The notes under the pieces were generated by a model. It was not told the DNA's origin. It did not search any database and worked only from the letters and a program-made list of their open reading frames with translations. Source: Octopus bimaculoides (Eukaryota). From it: a stretch of 57,091 bases of DNA. A program made the position numbers and the translations under genes. Positions 40,089 through 53,420 of this stretch are shown one piece after another (the first letter of the stretch is position 1; each line of letters opens with the position of its first letter). Where the stretch lies: assembly GCF_001194135.2 (NCBI RefSeq), contig NC_068982.1, positions 79,251,637-79,308,727 of the forward strand, written 5' to 3'.

Positions 40089-41563
40089 CACTGTTTCCTT
40101 TTATTATGCAGGTCAATCATTCCTCAATAAAATCAAAACTTTTTGTCCGGTTTTCTTCAACTTTTACGGGATATGTTGGATTACGTATCCCATATCTTGT
40201 GTACGTTTCGTCTAAATCGGTATAGATTTAAAGTGAAAATGAAGAATAACACGTTTATAGAGTGTTTCTTTTTATTATGCAAGTTAACAAGATACTGCTT
40301 TCTCCCATGTCTTAATTTCTGATGCAGAAAATGTAGAAATGGGTCAAAGTAAACATATACAACCAAAGGAAAAGAAAGAAATGGTGAAAGTACTGAGAGA
40401 AGGGGATACAACAATTATAATTTCTAAAAAGCTAAATAAAGATCACAGAATAAAAAAAAAAAGAACAGGTATGAAACATTGGGAGAGTAAGAATAAGGAA
40501 GAAAACGGGTTTCAAAAATGTCACAACTAGAGATAAGAGAAAACTCAAAAGAATTATGTGCAAGAAATGTGGGTTAACCAGCAAACAAATATTTGAAGAA
40601 GCAGGAATCTCCAACGTACAAAAGAAGAAACGTTGTACAATACTAAAATAGGCAAAAGTGATAAATTTTGCAAAATTGCCTCCTTTAAATAGAGTGCACA
40701 AAAAAAAGAGTGACGTGGGCAAAAAGATATATGAAGACAGATTTTACAAAAGTAATTTTAACTGACGAGTGCAGAGCAAAATTAGATGGACCTGATGGAT
40801 GGGCAAGATGCAGGATGTCACATGGAAAAAGTCTACCAACACGATTAAGAAGATAGGAGGGTGGCGGAGGAATCATGTTTTGGGCTGGTATAGTTGAAGG
40901 AGACATTATAGGCCCATCTAAGATTGTTGATAGAGTCAAAATAAGTGCTGAAAATTATTGCAAGTTTCTAGATAACAACTTCTTACATTGGTACAAATCA
41001 ACACCGTGAAGTTTCAAGTTAAAGAGCATATTTATACATAATAATCATCCTTCACACTCTGCCAAACTCACTATTAACCATTTAGTAAAGAAAGGTTTCA
41101 AAGAACACACGATAATGGAATGCCCCGCCCCCCGATAGAGAATTTGTGGTCAATTATTAAAAACAGATATATATTCTAATGGTAAACAATATCCAAACAA
41201 GGATTTACTATGGGAAGCATTAAAAGCTGCTGCAAATAATATTAAAAGTGAGATCGTTGAGAAATTGACAAAATCAGTTGATGACAGAATATTTAAAGTT
41301 ATAGATGGTAAAGGAGGTATATAAAGATGTAAAATATATACATAATTGTTTGTAAATATAATTATATGGTGGAAGATATACGTATATATTACTGGTCTGG
41401 TTATGTATTCATTTCCACTTTAAATGTAAACCGATTTAGACGAAAAGTACACGGGACATGGGCCACATAATCCTACACATCTCATAAAAATTTCAAGAAA
41501 ATCGGACAAGAAGTTTTGATTTTATTGAGGAATGATTGATCTGCATCATAAAAGGAAACAGTG
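40089..41563 (+). mobile_element. Tc1-like DNA transposon (DD37E/TRT-like), complete and decayed
   Basis: ~160-bp TIRs starting CACTGTTTCCTTTTAT (40089-40250 / 41400-41563); TA at the right end and CA at the left; internal transposase pseudogene. Confidence 0.92.
40339..41324 (+). pseudogene. Tc1-like transposase (disrupted)
   Basis: MGQSKHIQPKEKKEMVKVL...LNKDHR; LTDECRAKLDGPDGWAR; GGGGIMFWAGIV; HNNHPSHSAK (second D mutated to N); PIENLWSIIK...NGKQY...WEALKAAA...VIDGKGG. Confidence 0.92.
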
Positions 41564-41834
41564 TATATACATATACATATATAAGTTTTGCAAGATTCCT
41601 GATGTGAAATCTTGTGTTGAAACAAATATTGCATTTCGGGATGGTCATTTAATTCATTTATTGTTTTTTTGCCAAATAAACACACGCACTATATATTTAT
41701 TTTTTCATTTTTTTTTATTAGTGATCTTATTTTATTATTATAAATTATGTCCATTGTCCGGAAATCTTTCGTCACATGCGTGACCCCTTCAGCGACACTT
41801 TTCGTTCCCGTGTGTGTTCTTGCTGGAGATGGGG

Positions 41835-41995
41835 CACGAAGGAGAAATCCTAAGAACCAAATTGAACTCTGGGAATTATTGAAAAACAAATGGAGCAATA
41901 TTACTTCATCATTTTGTAAGAAATTAATTCAGTCCTGAGGTAACAGATGTCAGGAGGTCATTGATAGTACAGGGACGTTCATAAAATATTAATAG
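41835..41995 (+). pseudogene. Second Tc1-like transposase C-terminal fragment
   Basis: RNPKNQIELWELLKNKWSNITSSFCKKLIQS*GNRCQEVIDSTGTFIKY* matches the typical Tc1 C-terminus (W..I...LI.SMP.RC..VI...G..KY). Confidence 0.75.
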
Positions 41996-42311
41996 TAAGG
42001 GTGTCTTTTTTGTTCTTGTTCCATATTTCATTGTTCTTCTTAGAGACCTTTAACTTTTAGCCGTTGCATTTTAGAAGATTATTTGTTTATTTCCTCATAA
42101 CTAACGAAATATTTATTCCATTCACTTTCAGGAAAGATAGATATTAGATATATCTAAATATGTTTAAAATATATAGTCTCAACGTTTTGTTAATCTTCTT
42201 ATAATAAATATTTCAATACACTTGTATTATGACCGCTAATATACATACATATATGCTTGCATACATTGATTCATTTATATAAGTGTACATGCATGCAAAC
42301 ACAAATATATG

Positions 42312-42359
<48 letters not shown>

Positions 42360-42415
42360 AACACACACACACACGCACACGCACACACACACACATATAT
42401 AATAATGATAATAAT

Positions 42416-42569
42416 AATAATAATAATAAATGGAGCAAAACGCATATAAACAAAAGTTCCCTTAATTCCTACATATGTTTCAAAATATATGTGTACCCTA
42501 CTCCAAACATATGTAGGAATTAAAGGAACTTTTGTTTATATGTGTTTTGCTCCATTTATTATTATTATT
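42416..42569. repeat. Fold-back element: 65-bp inverted arms (2 mismatches), 24-nt loop
   Basis: Left arm 42416-42480 and right arm 42505-42569, embedded in AAT/ATT repeats. Confidence 0.95.
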
Positions 42570-43572
42570 CATATCTACTCAAAATGCATCGCTTTAACGG
42601 GTGTGATATCCTGTTTTTTTTTGTTTGATTTTTGCTACCCATGGTAACTATTAACATATTTACATTGTCAAGGTTTTTTTTAAACTGAGATAATATTAAT
42701 ATATACATAAATTTATATATATATATATATATATATATATNNNNNNNNNNNNNNNNNNNNNNNNNNNNNNNNNNNNNNNNNNNNNNNNNNNNNNNNNNNN
42801 NNNNNNNNNNNNNNNNNNNNNNNNNNNNNNNNNNNNNNNNNNNNNNNNNNNNNNNNNNNNNNNNNNNNNNNNNNNNNNNNNNNNNNNNNNNNNNNNNNNN
42901 NNNNNNNNNNNNNNNNNNNNNNNNNNNTAGATAGATAGATAGATAGATAGATACATACATACATACATACATACATACATACATACATACACAAATGCGT
43001 TCATACATGCTAATACATATGATATGATATACTAATGTACGAATAAACAAGTTTATATATGTTTCTTATTTTTATCTATTGTTCAAAAGGGAGCACAGTG
43101 CCCGTGTTCTTTTGCTGGGTCTTTTAGACTGGTGGGTGGATCGGTGGGTGGGAAAGCAGAAGACCTGGCCCCCATGCGTCCAACACAGTAGGATCCACTA
43201 AAGCACCCAAGGTACCGGGTGGTGTTGTTAAACCAGTTTGTCTTTCAAGTAAACCAATGCGGAAACAAATTCTGCAAGCCATCCACTCCAAAATTCGGAA
43301 AATTTCGTCCACTGGATTACTGTATTCTAATATCTTCGATACAATGAACAGTGCAGTTGAATTTGGTAGGACTGGAATTCAGACGGCAGAAAGTCAGATC
43401 AATAGTACGAGGCTTTCTACCTGATGGTCTAGCGACTGGGCCAATTCAGAGTTTTCATCATTTACTTTTTACCTTTTTACTTCACTCTTCCTTCTACCTA
43501 ATCTGTATCTCACCTTCCTCTCATGCAAACACCAACATGCACACGAAAAAACTCAAAACTCCTTAACCTTGT

Positions 43573-43612
<40 letters not shown>

Positions 43613-43755
43613 CACACACAGACATACACACAAGCAAGCAAGTACGCACACTCATACTCGCACGTCCACAGAAGTATACGCATTCACATAGACGGACATG
43701 CTTAATATACGTACAAATACATGCACATACGTATAACTATGCATACAGATACGCT

Positions 43756-43797
<42 letters not shown>

Positions 43798-44127
43798 GAA
43801 CACACATATATATTCGTTCAAACACGGTTATATACACAAATGTTTTCCTATTTTCGTGTACAGACGCCACGCAAAAGCCTCGCCTATATTTGTTTTACCA
43901 TTTCTGTCTTTCGTCTGCCTGTCTGTCTGACTGTCTGTGACCCTGTCTGCCTGTGTGTCTAACCTGTCTGTCAGTTTGTGTGTCAGTCTTTGTCTGTATG
44001 TCTCACTCTCTCAAACACAAGCATGCATACGTCCACCATTATGACTTATACAAACACGCTATCTGTCTTAAATCTCTTCTCTTTCTTTGTCTTTAGCTCA
44101 TGTTTACAGATAAGAAATATTAACAAA

Positions 44128-44177
<50 letters not shown>

Positions 44178-44599
44178 TACACACACAAACACGCACACAC
44201 AAACACGCACACACATACGCACACATACACTCACACACACGCACTCACACTCATAGTCACATATATATACACATTCGCACATACTTTTTATCTCTTCGGC
44301 TGATCAACATACAAATCCTATTACTTTCGTCGTCGCACACAAATACTATCAACCGACAAATACAGATGCACATACACACATACACACATGCTCACACATA
44401 TGATACATATACATACATTCACACACACATATAAATGTATATATACATACGCATTTATATATATATTTATATATATGTGTGCGTATATGTATATATATAC
44501 ATATATATTAAAAAGAAACATACATACTATATCACAGATCTATAGACACATAAACACTCCGTAAATGAAAACACCCACACGTATAAACACACACACACT

Positions 44600-44642
<43 letters not shown>

Positions 44643-46630
44643 TTATAACCACACGCATATACACATGCATATATATACACACACGTAAACACAGAGAANN
44701 NNNNNNNNNNNNNNNNNNNNNNNNNNNNNNNNNNNNNNNNNNNNNNNNNNNNNNNNNNNNNNNNNNNNNNNNNNNNNNNNNNNNNNNNNNNNNNNNNNNN
44801 NNNNNNNNNNNNNNNNNNNNNNNNNNNNNNNNNNNNNNNNNNNNNNNNNNNNNNNNNNNNNNNNNNNNNNNNNNNNNNNNNNNNNNNNNNNNNNNNNNNN
44901 NNNNNNNNNNNNNNNNNNNNNNNNNNNNNNNNNNNNNNNNNNNNNNNNNNNNNNNNNNNNNNNNNNNNNNNNNNNNNNNNNNNNNNNNNNNNNNNNNNNN
45001 NNNNNNNNNNNNNNNNNNNNNNNNNNNNNNNNNNNNNNNNNNNNNNNNNNNNNNNNNNNNNNNNNNNNNNNNNNNNNNNNNNNNNNNNNNNNNNNNNNNN
45101 NNNNNNNNNNNNNNNNNNNNNNNNNNNNNNNNNNNNNNNNNNNNNNNNNNNNNNNNNNNNNNNNNNNNNNNNNNNNNNNNNNNNNNNNNNNNNNNNNNNN
45201 NNNNNNNNNNNNNNNNNNNNNNNNNNNNNNNNNNNNNNNNNNNNNNNNNNNNNNNNNNNNNNNNNNNNNNNNNNNNNNNNNNNNNNNNNNNNNNNNNNNN
45301 NNNNNNNNNNNNNNNNNNNNNNNNNNNNNNNNNNNNNNNNNNNNNNNNNNNNNNNNNNNACATAAACATACACACAAATACATACCTACATACATGCATA
45401 CATACACACATGCATACATATATACATGCATGCATACACACAAATACACACATACGCACATACTCACATATGCACATATATATACACACAAGCATGCATG
45501 CACACACATACATACAAATATTTATGCAAACATGCACATATGCACATAAGCACATATATACACACAAAAACGCATGGATACACATATGGACTTGTACAAG
45601 CATACACACAGATACGTATATACACATGCAAACATTCATACACACATACGCACTATACATACATATACGCCTACGCCCATACACAGATGCATATACATTT
45701 ACACAAATATTCATAAACACACACGTACGCAACATATACGCATACATATACAGTATCTCACCGTCCAGGCTGTTCACAACCTCTTTATCTTCAGAGGAAA
45801 AGAGATAGGCGTTTGATAATGAGAGAGAGAGAGGGTGAGAGATAAAAAGACTGAGAGAGAAATGAAAAAAAGAAAGAGGAAGAAAGAGAGAAACAAAGGG
45901 AGAGAGAGAAAGAAGAGAAACAAGCAAAGATTACGTCTTTGTCGCCATTGGACTCGATCTTTTTGATTCACACACACACACACACACACACATTGACATA
46001 TGCATGTACATACACATACTCATATACAGAGACATACATACACATACATGTTAACTATAGAGGGAAACTTACGTGACATAGCCTCCATAGGTGATAGAAT
46101 TAAAAATTTACCAACCTGAAAGATTCTTCTTTTTCTTCTCCCTCCTCCTTCTTTTGTGCTTGCTTTTGTTGCTTTTGTTGTTGTTGTTGTTGTTGTTGTT
46201 GTTCTCCATCTTGTTCTTTGGCTTTTATTTTTTCTCCTCGCCTTCTCCTCTTCCTTCTCCTTACTCTTCCTGATAAAAACTCCAGACCATTCAAAGCCAT
46301 ATCAAAAAATGAAGTCGAAGTATCTTCTAAATAAATAAATAAATTGAATAAATAAATAAATAAATAAATAATTCCATGTGGAATATAAGAGGAAGTAGGA
46401 CTTATTAATAGAGTTCTTTGACGATCTTCGACCAGAATGGTTCACTCTAAATTCATCTTTCTGGAATATGTGTTTTAGAAATACATACATTTATTAGTAA
46501 CATGTTTCGCATCCATTGTATTAAGTGCGACAATTTTCATCATACAAAACCTGCAATCCTTTTCATAAGTTTTTGATACTTTTTATTCCCTATTGTGCGA
46601 CAAATAATTACTGATGAATAGAAATTAACT

Positions 46631-46870
46631 CCTTCGTATAGTGACGATATATAAACTGACGGTGAGAAAAATTTAAGCTGATGGTGAGGAAAATGAGATA
46701 GACGACAACACAGTCGAGATGGTAGATAAAAAAAAATGAGGTTGATAATAGTTTCGTTCCTTCGTATAGTGACGATATTTAAATTGACGGCGAGAAAATT
46801 AAAGTTGACGACGAAAATGAGATAGATGACAGCACAGTCGAGATGGCAGATAACAAAACTGAGGCTGATA
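46631..46870. repeat. 128-bp tandem duplication
   Basis: CCTTCGTATAGTGACGATAT at 46631 and 46759; the units remain alignable through CACAGTCGAGATGG. Confidence 0.9.
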
Positions 46871-47254
46871 AGGGATTTGAAAGGAAACATTTTCCAAAGT
46901 ATTGTTTTTCTGAAACGGTAGGAAAACCAATTCAGAAACACTTGGCTGCTATATCTAACAATTCACGCGAATGCATAAGGGCTTCCTTGTTGGCTTTGAG
47001 AATTTCGCAACGTCACAATATAGTATTTGGTTCTTTCTAAAGCGTTGTTACGAAATTACTGTTGTGAAGCTACGGAATCCAATATTTATCAACCGAGGGA
47101 TAAACAAAAGTATGTCTTCCAAAAAGGGGATTCGATGTCAAAAAAATGTTAGACACCAACAAGACGTCTCAGAAAATTCAGAGCATCATTTATTCTTAAA
47201 GTGGTTTTCTGCTCTCATCAAAGTTGAAAATTCTCATTAGAATCTGGAACTCTT

Positions 47255-48085
47255 GGCAATCAGCAACACAAATAGTAATTTACATATCTTGGTAGTGAAG
47301 TGAATTCGAACACTTCCCTTGATGATGAAATCGTCAACCGTCTTGCAAAGGCAACCAACGCATTTGGCAAACTCTGTCATCGCCTATGGATTGAAAGGGG
47401 CATCAGACTTGACATCAAAGTACAGGTCTATAAAGCTACTATTCTTACTACTCTCTTGTATGACTCAGAATAGTGGATACCATGCAGATGACACATTAAC
47501 CAACTAGACATCTTCCACAAAGGCTGTCTGAGGAAAATCTGCGGTTATTCACTTAAAGACATTTTCTAATGCCAACCTGTTTAGCAAGAGTAAGATTGGT
47601 GGAATCGAGAGCTTCTTTATGCAATCACAATTATGCTGGGCCAGCCATGTCATCAGAATGAGTGGCGAAAGAATACTCAAAGTCCTCATGTACAGCCAGC
47701 TTAAGAGTGGGAACAGGAATATTGGTCGACCGTGGCTCAGATATAAGGACAACCTGAAGAGTAACGTCATAGAAATGAAGATAGCTCACAACACCTTTGA
47801 GCAAACAGCCTTGGAGCGAACAAAATGGGGATCGTTGTGTCAAAATGGTGTTAGAAACTTAGTTGCAACCAGCATTAACAGGCTTCAGGATTCAAGGCAA
47901 AGGAGAAACGCGGCTGTAAATATACCACCAACACTGACATGTACTCCTGACATATAATGCAGGATATGTGGGCATTTTTGTAAATCATTGGCGGCACTTA
48001 AATGTCACGTTCGACATAAGCGTTATGACTGCCAAAGAAAGAGTAAGTTGTCGGAGCCTCATACGTCAAAACCGATGGGGGAATT
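47255..48085 (+). mobile_element. RTE-clade LINE, 5'-truncated 3' end
   Basis: FTYLGSEV (47279)...DEIVNRLAKATNAFGKL...KVQVYKATILTTLLY; QLCWASHVIRM...MYSQLKSGNRNIGRPWLRYKDNLK; C-terminal CRICGHFCKSLAALKCHVRH in frame after a premature TAA. Confidence 0.92.
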
Positions 48086-48716
48086 TATCATATAGATGTA
48101 GTTAAATAGACAGATATGTGCGAATGTATTTATATATATACATGTGTATATACATACATACATACATATATGAATTTATATATATATATANNNNNNNNNN
48201 NNNNNNNNNNNNNNNNNNNNNNNNNNNNNNNNNNNNNNNNNNNNNNNNNNNNNNNNNNNNNNNNNNNNNNNNNNNNNNNNNNNNNNNNNNNNNNNNNNNN
48301 NNNNNNNNNNNNNNNNNNNNNNNNNNNNNNNNNNNNNNNNNNNNNNNNNNNNNNNNNNNNNNNNNNNNNNNNNNNNNNNNNNNNNNNNNNNNNNNNNNNN
48401 NNNNNNNNNNNNNNNNNNNNNNNNNNNNNNNNNNNNNNNNNNNNNNNNNNNNNNNNNNNNNNNNNNNNNNNNNNNNNNNNNNNNNNNNNNNNNNNNNNNN
48501 NNNNNNNNNNNNNNNNNNNNNNNNNNNNNNNNNNNNNNNNNNNTATATATTAATATATATATATACATATAAATATATATATGCGTATATATATATGTAT
48601 AAATATATATGCCATATGTATATATTTATGTATATCATTATGATTTATTATTGATGATGTTTTCGTCAAATACTATACATATATACATAATACATGCAAC
48701 CATATACGCACACACT

Positions 48717-48748
<32 letters not shown>

Positions 48749-50104
48749 TGTATGTATGTATGTATGTATATTTTTTGTGTATGTATATATTGAACGAAAA
48801 CACCAAAAATAATTTCTCGCTTTATTCCCGACAGACACAAACATACACACACGTGCGCTCACACAAACATATACACACGTGCGCTCACACACACACTCAT
48901 GCACACCTGCGCATACACTCACACGCACACTGCCGCAAGTACACACACACACGCACATACATACGCACACTCATACACTCACGCATACACGAATAAATAT
49001 CAACCTTTGCCACCATCTTTAAATAAGTGAAAAATGCACACAGTGATGTTAATGAGACGCCGCTCCTGGAAACTTCACTACAGCTGTTGTTACTTGATGT
49101 AATGATGATAACAGTGTGGTGGTATGAGTGGTGGTAGATGCGGTGGTACTGTTAGTAGAGGTGGTGGTGATGAATGCGGAGGTGGTTGTGCTGGTGGTGC
49201 TATTTGTAGTGCTGGCAGTAGTGATAGTAACGGTGGTGGCATTGTTGGCAGTGGTGGTCGTGGTGATAGCGGGGGTGATGGTGGTGGTAGTATTGCTGCA
49301 AGGGTGATGATGATGATGATGATGATGATACACAGTAACAAAAGTATAAATTATAGCGGTAGTCAATTCAAATATTCCCTCATAACATTCACTGAATTTC
49401 TCTTGATTATTTCGTCTTCCATTCTTCTTTCAATTGAAACTTTCTTTCGTCTGCTTTCTGTTTTCATTCGTTATATTAATCTGCTTTAAAATTTTCTTTT
49501 TCGATTTCGTTTGTTTTTTGGTAGAAGTGGAGGACAAGGAAACATTTTTGCGTTCCCTTCATTCAATCCCTTCATTCGAGATCTTATCTTTGATTGCTGC
49601 AGTTGTTCATTTCGTCGTTTTTATCCTTACCTATTCATTCTTTACGATCACGTTTCCCTCGTTTTCTTATTTTCCTATCAAATCTTCAACTCTTTCCCCG
49701 TTACTTCTTTACCCTTATGTTTCCTTTCAGTCATATAATTTCTTCAACAAAATGAAAGTCGCTAAAGAAACATAAATGTCATATTAACTTAAATAAATTC
49801 ACGCATGAATTAAACGGGATTTTGTACTAAACATGGGTAAACGGAGCCAAGACGAAAATTCACGAATTATTCTCGGGAAATAACAAAAGATTGTTATTTG
49901 TTTCGAGTACAGCAAGATCTGAGACGATTATTTGCATATTATTCTTAGCACGTCTAAGCAGGTTCAGATACGAAAAATGCTAATCGCTGTAGTGTAAGTT
50001 ATAGAGGAATAACTTCTGTGTTTCACGACGAGTGAGTGTTAAACAAATCGGCTAATTGGCGTACGGAATTCTTGGACACCGGTTTCGACATGTGTCACAT
50101 CAGC

Positions 50105-50165
50105 CAGAATTATCCGCTAAGCATTCCGTCCAGTGTGATAACAATTCTGCCAGCTCGCTGCGCTT
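50105..50165 (-). mobile_element. SINE family D head fragment
   Basis: CCGCTAAGCATTCCGTCCAG...TTCTGCCAGCTCGC. Confidence 0.75.
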
Positions 50166-50229
<64 letters not shown>

Positions 50230-50231
<2 letters not shown>

Positions 50232-50445
50232 TCTACTAAAGGTGCAAAGCCTGAAATTGTTTTTGGTGGGAGGATATGTCTCTTAAATCGACTCCACTAC
50301 GCAACTGGTACTTAATTTATCGAGCCTGAAAGGATGAAAGGAAAAGTTGACCTCAGCGGAATTTAAACTCAGAACGTAAAGATGAACGAAATACCGCTAA
50401 GCATTTTGCCCGGCGTGCTTATGATTCTGCCAGCTCACCTCATTT
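50230..50445 (-). mobile_element. SINE family D
   Basis: CTGGTACTTAATTTATCGA, GGAATTTAAACTCAGAACG, GATTCTGCCAGCTC. Confidence 0.9.
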
Positions 50446-50569
50446 GTAACAACAACAACAATAATAAATTCTTTTATTAGACACACGGGCTCAGATGAGG
50501 GTGACAGTAGCAAGTATGGGTTGTATTAGAATAGTAATCGTGAACAAGAAGTAAACATAACCAACAAAA

Positions 50570-50735
50570 CTAATTGATTACATCGACCCCAGTACTCAAC
50601 TGGTACTTAATTTATCGACTCCGAAAGGATAAAAGGCAAAGTCGACCTCGGCGAAATTTGAACTCAAACCATGAAGACGGACGAAGAACCGCTAAGCATT
50701 TTGCTCGGCGTGCTAACGATTTTGTCACTTCGTCT
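50570..50735 (-). mobile_element. SINE family D
   Basis: ATTACATCGACCCCAGT, AAAGTCGACCTCGGCGAAATTTGAACTC, CCGCTAAGCATT. Confidence 0.9.
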
Positions 50736-50737
50736 CT

Positions 50738-51500
<763 letters not shown>

Positions 51501-51594
51501 ATATTAGAAGCAAAATAAGTAGATTGGTGAAATAATACTTCTTTGGAACAAGGTAATGCAAGAACTACTGCGGACAAAAACAATGTGTGTGGTG

Positions 51595-51647
<53 letters not shown>

Positions 51648-52145
51648 NNNNNNNNNNNNNNNNNNNNNNNNNNNNNNNNNNNNNNNNNNNNNNNNNNNNN
51701 NNNNNNNNNNNNNNNNNNNNNNNNNNNNNNNNNNNNNNNNNNNNNNNNNNNNNNNNNNNNNNNNNNNNNNNNNNNNNNNNNNNNNNNNNNNNNNNNNNNN
51801 NNNNNNNNNNNNNNNNNNNNNNNNNNNNNNNNNNNNNNNNNNNNNNNNNNNNNNNNNNNNNNNNNNNNNNNNNNNNNNNNNNNNNNNNNNNNNNNNNNNN
51901 NNNNNNNNNNNNNNNNNNNNNNNNNNNNNNNNNNNNNNNNNNNNNNNNNNNNNNNNNNNNNNNNNNNNNNNNNNNNNNNNNNNNNNNNNNNNNNNNNNNN
52001 NNNNNNNNNNNNNNNNNNNNNNNNNNNNNNNNNNNNNNNNNNNNNNNNNNNNNNNNNNNNNNNNNNNNNNNNNNNNNNNNNNNNNNNNNNNNNNNNNNNN
52101 NNNNNNNNNNNNNNNNNNNNNNNNNNNNNNNNNNNNNNNNNNNNN

Positions 52146-52186
<41 letters not shown>

Positions 52187-52204
52187 TACATATATATATA
52201 TATG

Positions 52205-52238
<34 letters not shown>

Positions 52239-52829
52239 TAATATATATGTATATATACACTCACACTCACAATAATGTAGCTATGTATGCGCGTATGTAT
52301 GTATATATCTATATATGTATATTTAGCAATACAGTTTCTTTCATTTTCCAGTGTACGTATGTGGTTGTGTATGAGTGAATAAACTTACACAAGCATACAC
52401 TTCACTAGGAAACATCTAGAATATATCCATGAAAAAAAAAAGGACAGCAAAAACGTAACAAAATGATGTATAGCGGGAAAGAAATTCATGATATCCACTA
52501 AAAAACAAAACAAACAAAAAAAGACAAACAAAACAAATAAAAAAAAATCAAACAATAAATTTTGTGATTCGTTGGAAACATAACCGTCAGGAATAAAATT
52601 ATATTTCTTTCGTAATTGGCATAAGACAAATTTATCAAAGCGTGGTTTGGGGTATAATAATCACAGAACTCTCCAACATATTACTGGTTGGTTCTTTATA
52701 ATACTCCTTCGATCCTTAGGACTTTAATCCCTGAGTGGGGACATACTGCGTGTCTTGTGGGTATTTTCAGTCTGGATGGGGCTAAATCTGAATATTGCTG
52801 ATTTCTTCCGGAAAGGAAAATGCCCTGGT

Positions 52830-52945
52830 GCTTTATTAAACCTCAAAAGACCAAAAGCAAGATTGACCTCGGCGGGGTTTGAATACAGTGTACAGAGAGC
52901 TGGGAGGAGTACTGCAATGTATTCAAGCCAGCTCGCTTCCTTCGG
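52830..52945 (-). mobile_element. SINE family D 5' fragment (diverged)
   Basis: TTGACCTCGGCGGGGTTTGAA...GCCAGCTCGC. Confidence 0.6.
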
Positions 52946-52964
52946 ATTATTTATCATATATCTA

Positions 52965-53175
52965 GGGTGGCGAGCTGACAAAATCATTAACACGCTGGTC
53001 GAAATGCTTAGCGGCATCTCGTTCGTCTTTCTGAGATCAAATCATGCCGAGATAGATTTTGCCTTCCATCCTTCCGGGGTCGATAAATTAAGTACTAATC
53101 GTGCACTGGAGTTGATGTAATCGATTTCCCCACTCACTCGAAATTGTTGGCCTTGCGCAAAAATATGAAACCATT
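52965..53175 (+). mobile_element. SINE family D
   Basis: GGTGGCGAGCTGAC head, GAAATGCTTAGCGG, GGGGTCGATAAATTAAGTAC, tail GAAACCATTAAT. Confidence 0.9.
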
Positions 53176-53194
53176 AATAATCACATATCTAATG

Positions 53195-53420
53195 CGGTGA
53201 GTTGGCAGAATTGTTTCAGCGCATGGAACAAAATATTAAACGGTATTTCTTCCGACTCTTTAGGTTCTGAGTTAAAATTTCCCTGCAGTCATCTTTGCCT
53301 TTTTATCCTTTAGGGGGTCGACAAAATAAGCATGAATTAAACACTGGAGTCGATGTAATCGTCTTGTCCGCTCGCTTAAAATTGCTGGACTTGTCCCCAA
53401 AATTTGGAGCCATTATTAAT
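53195..53420 (+). mobile_element. SINE family D (tandem with the previous copy)
   Basis: GCGGTGAGTTGGCAGAA, GGTTCTGAGTTAAAATT, CACTGGAGTCGATGTAATCG. Confidence 0.85.
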
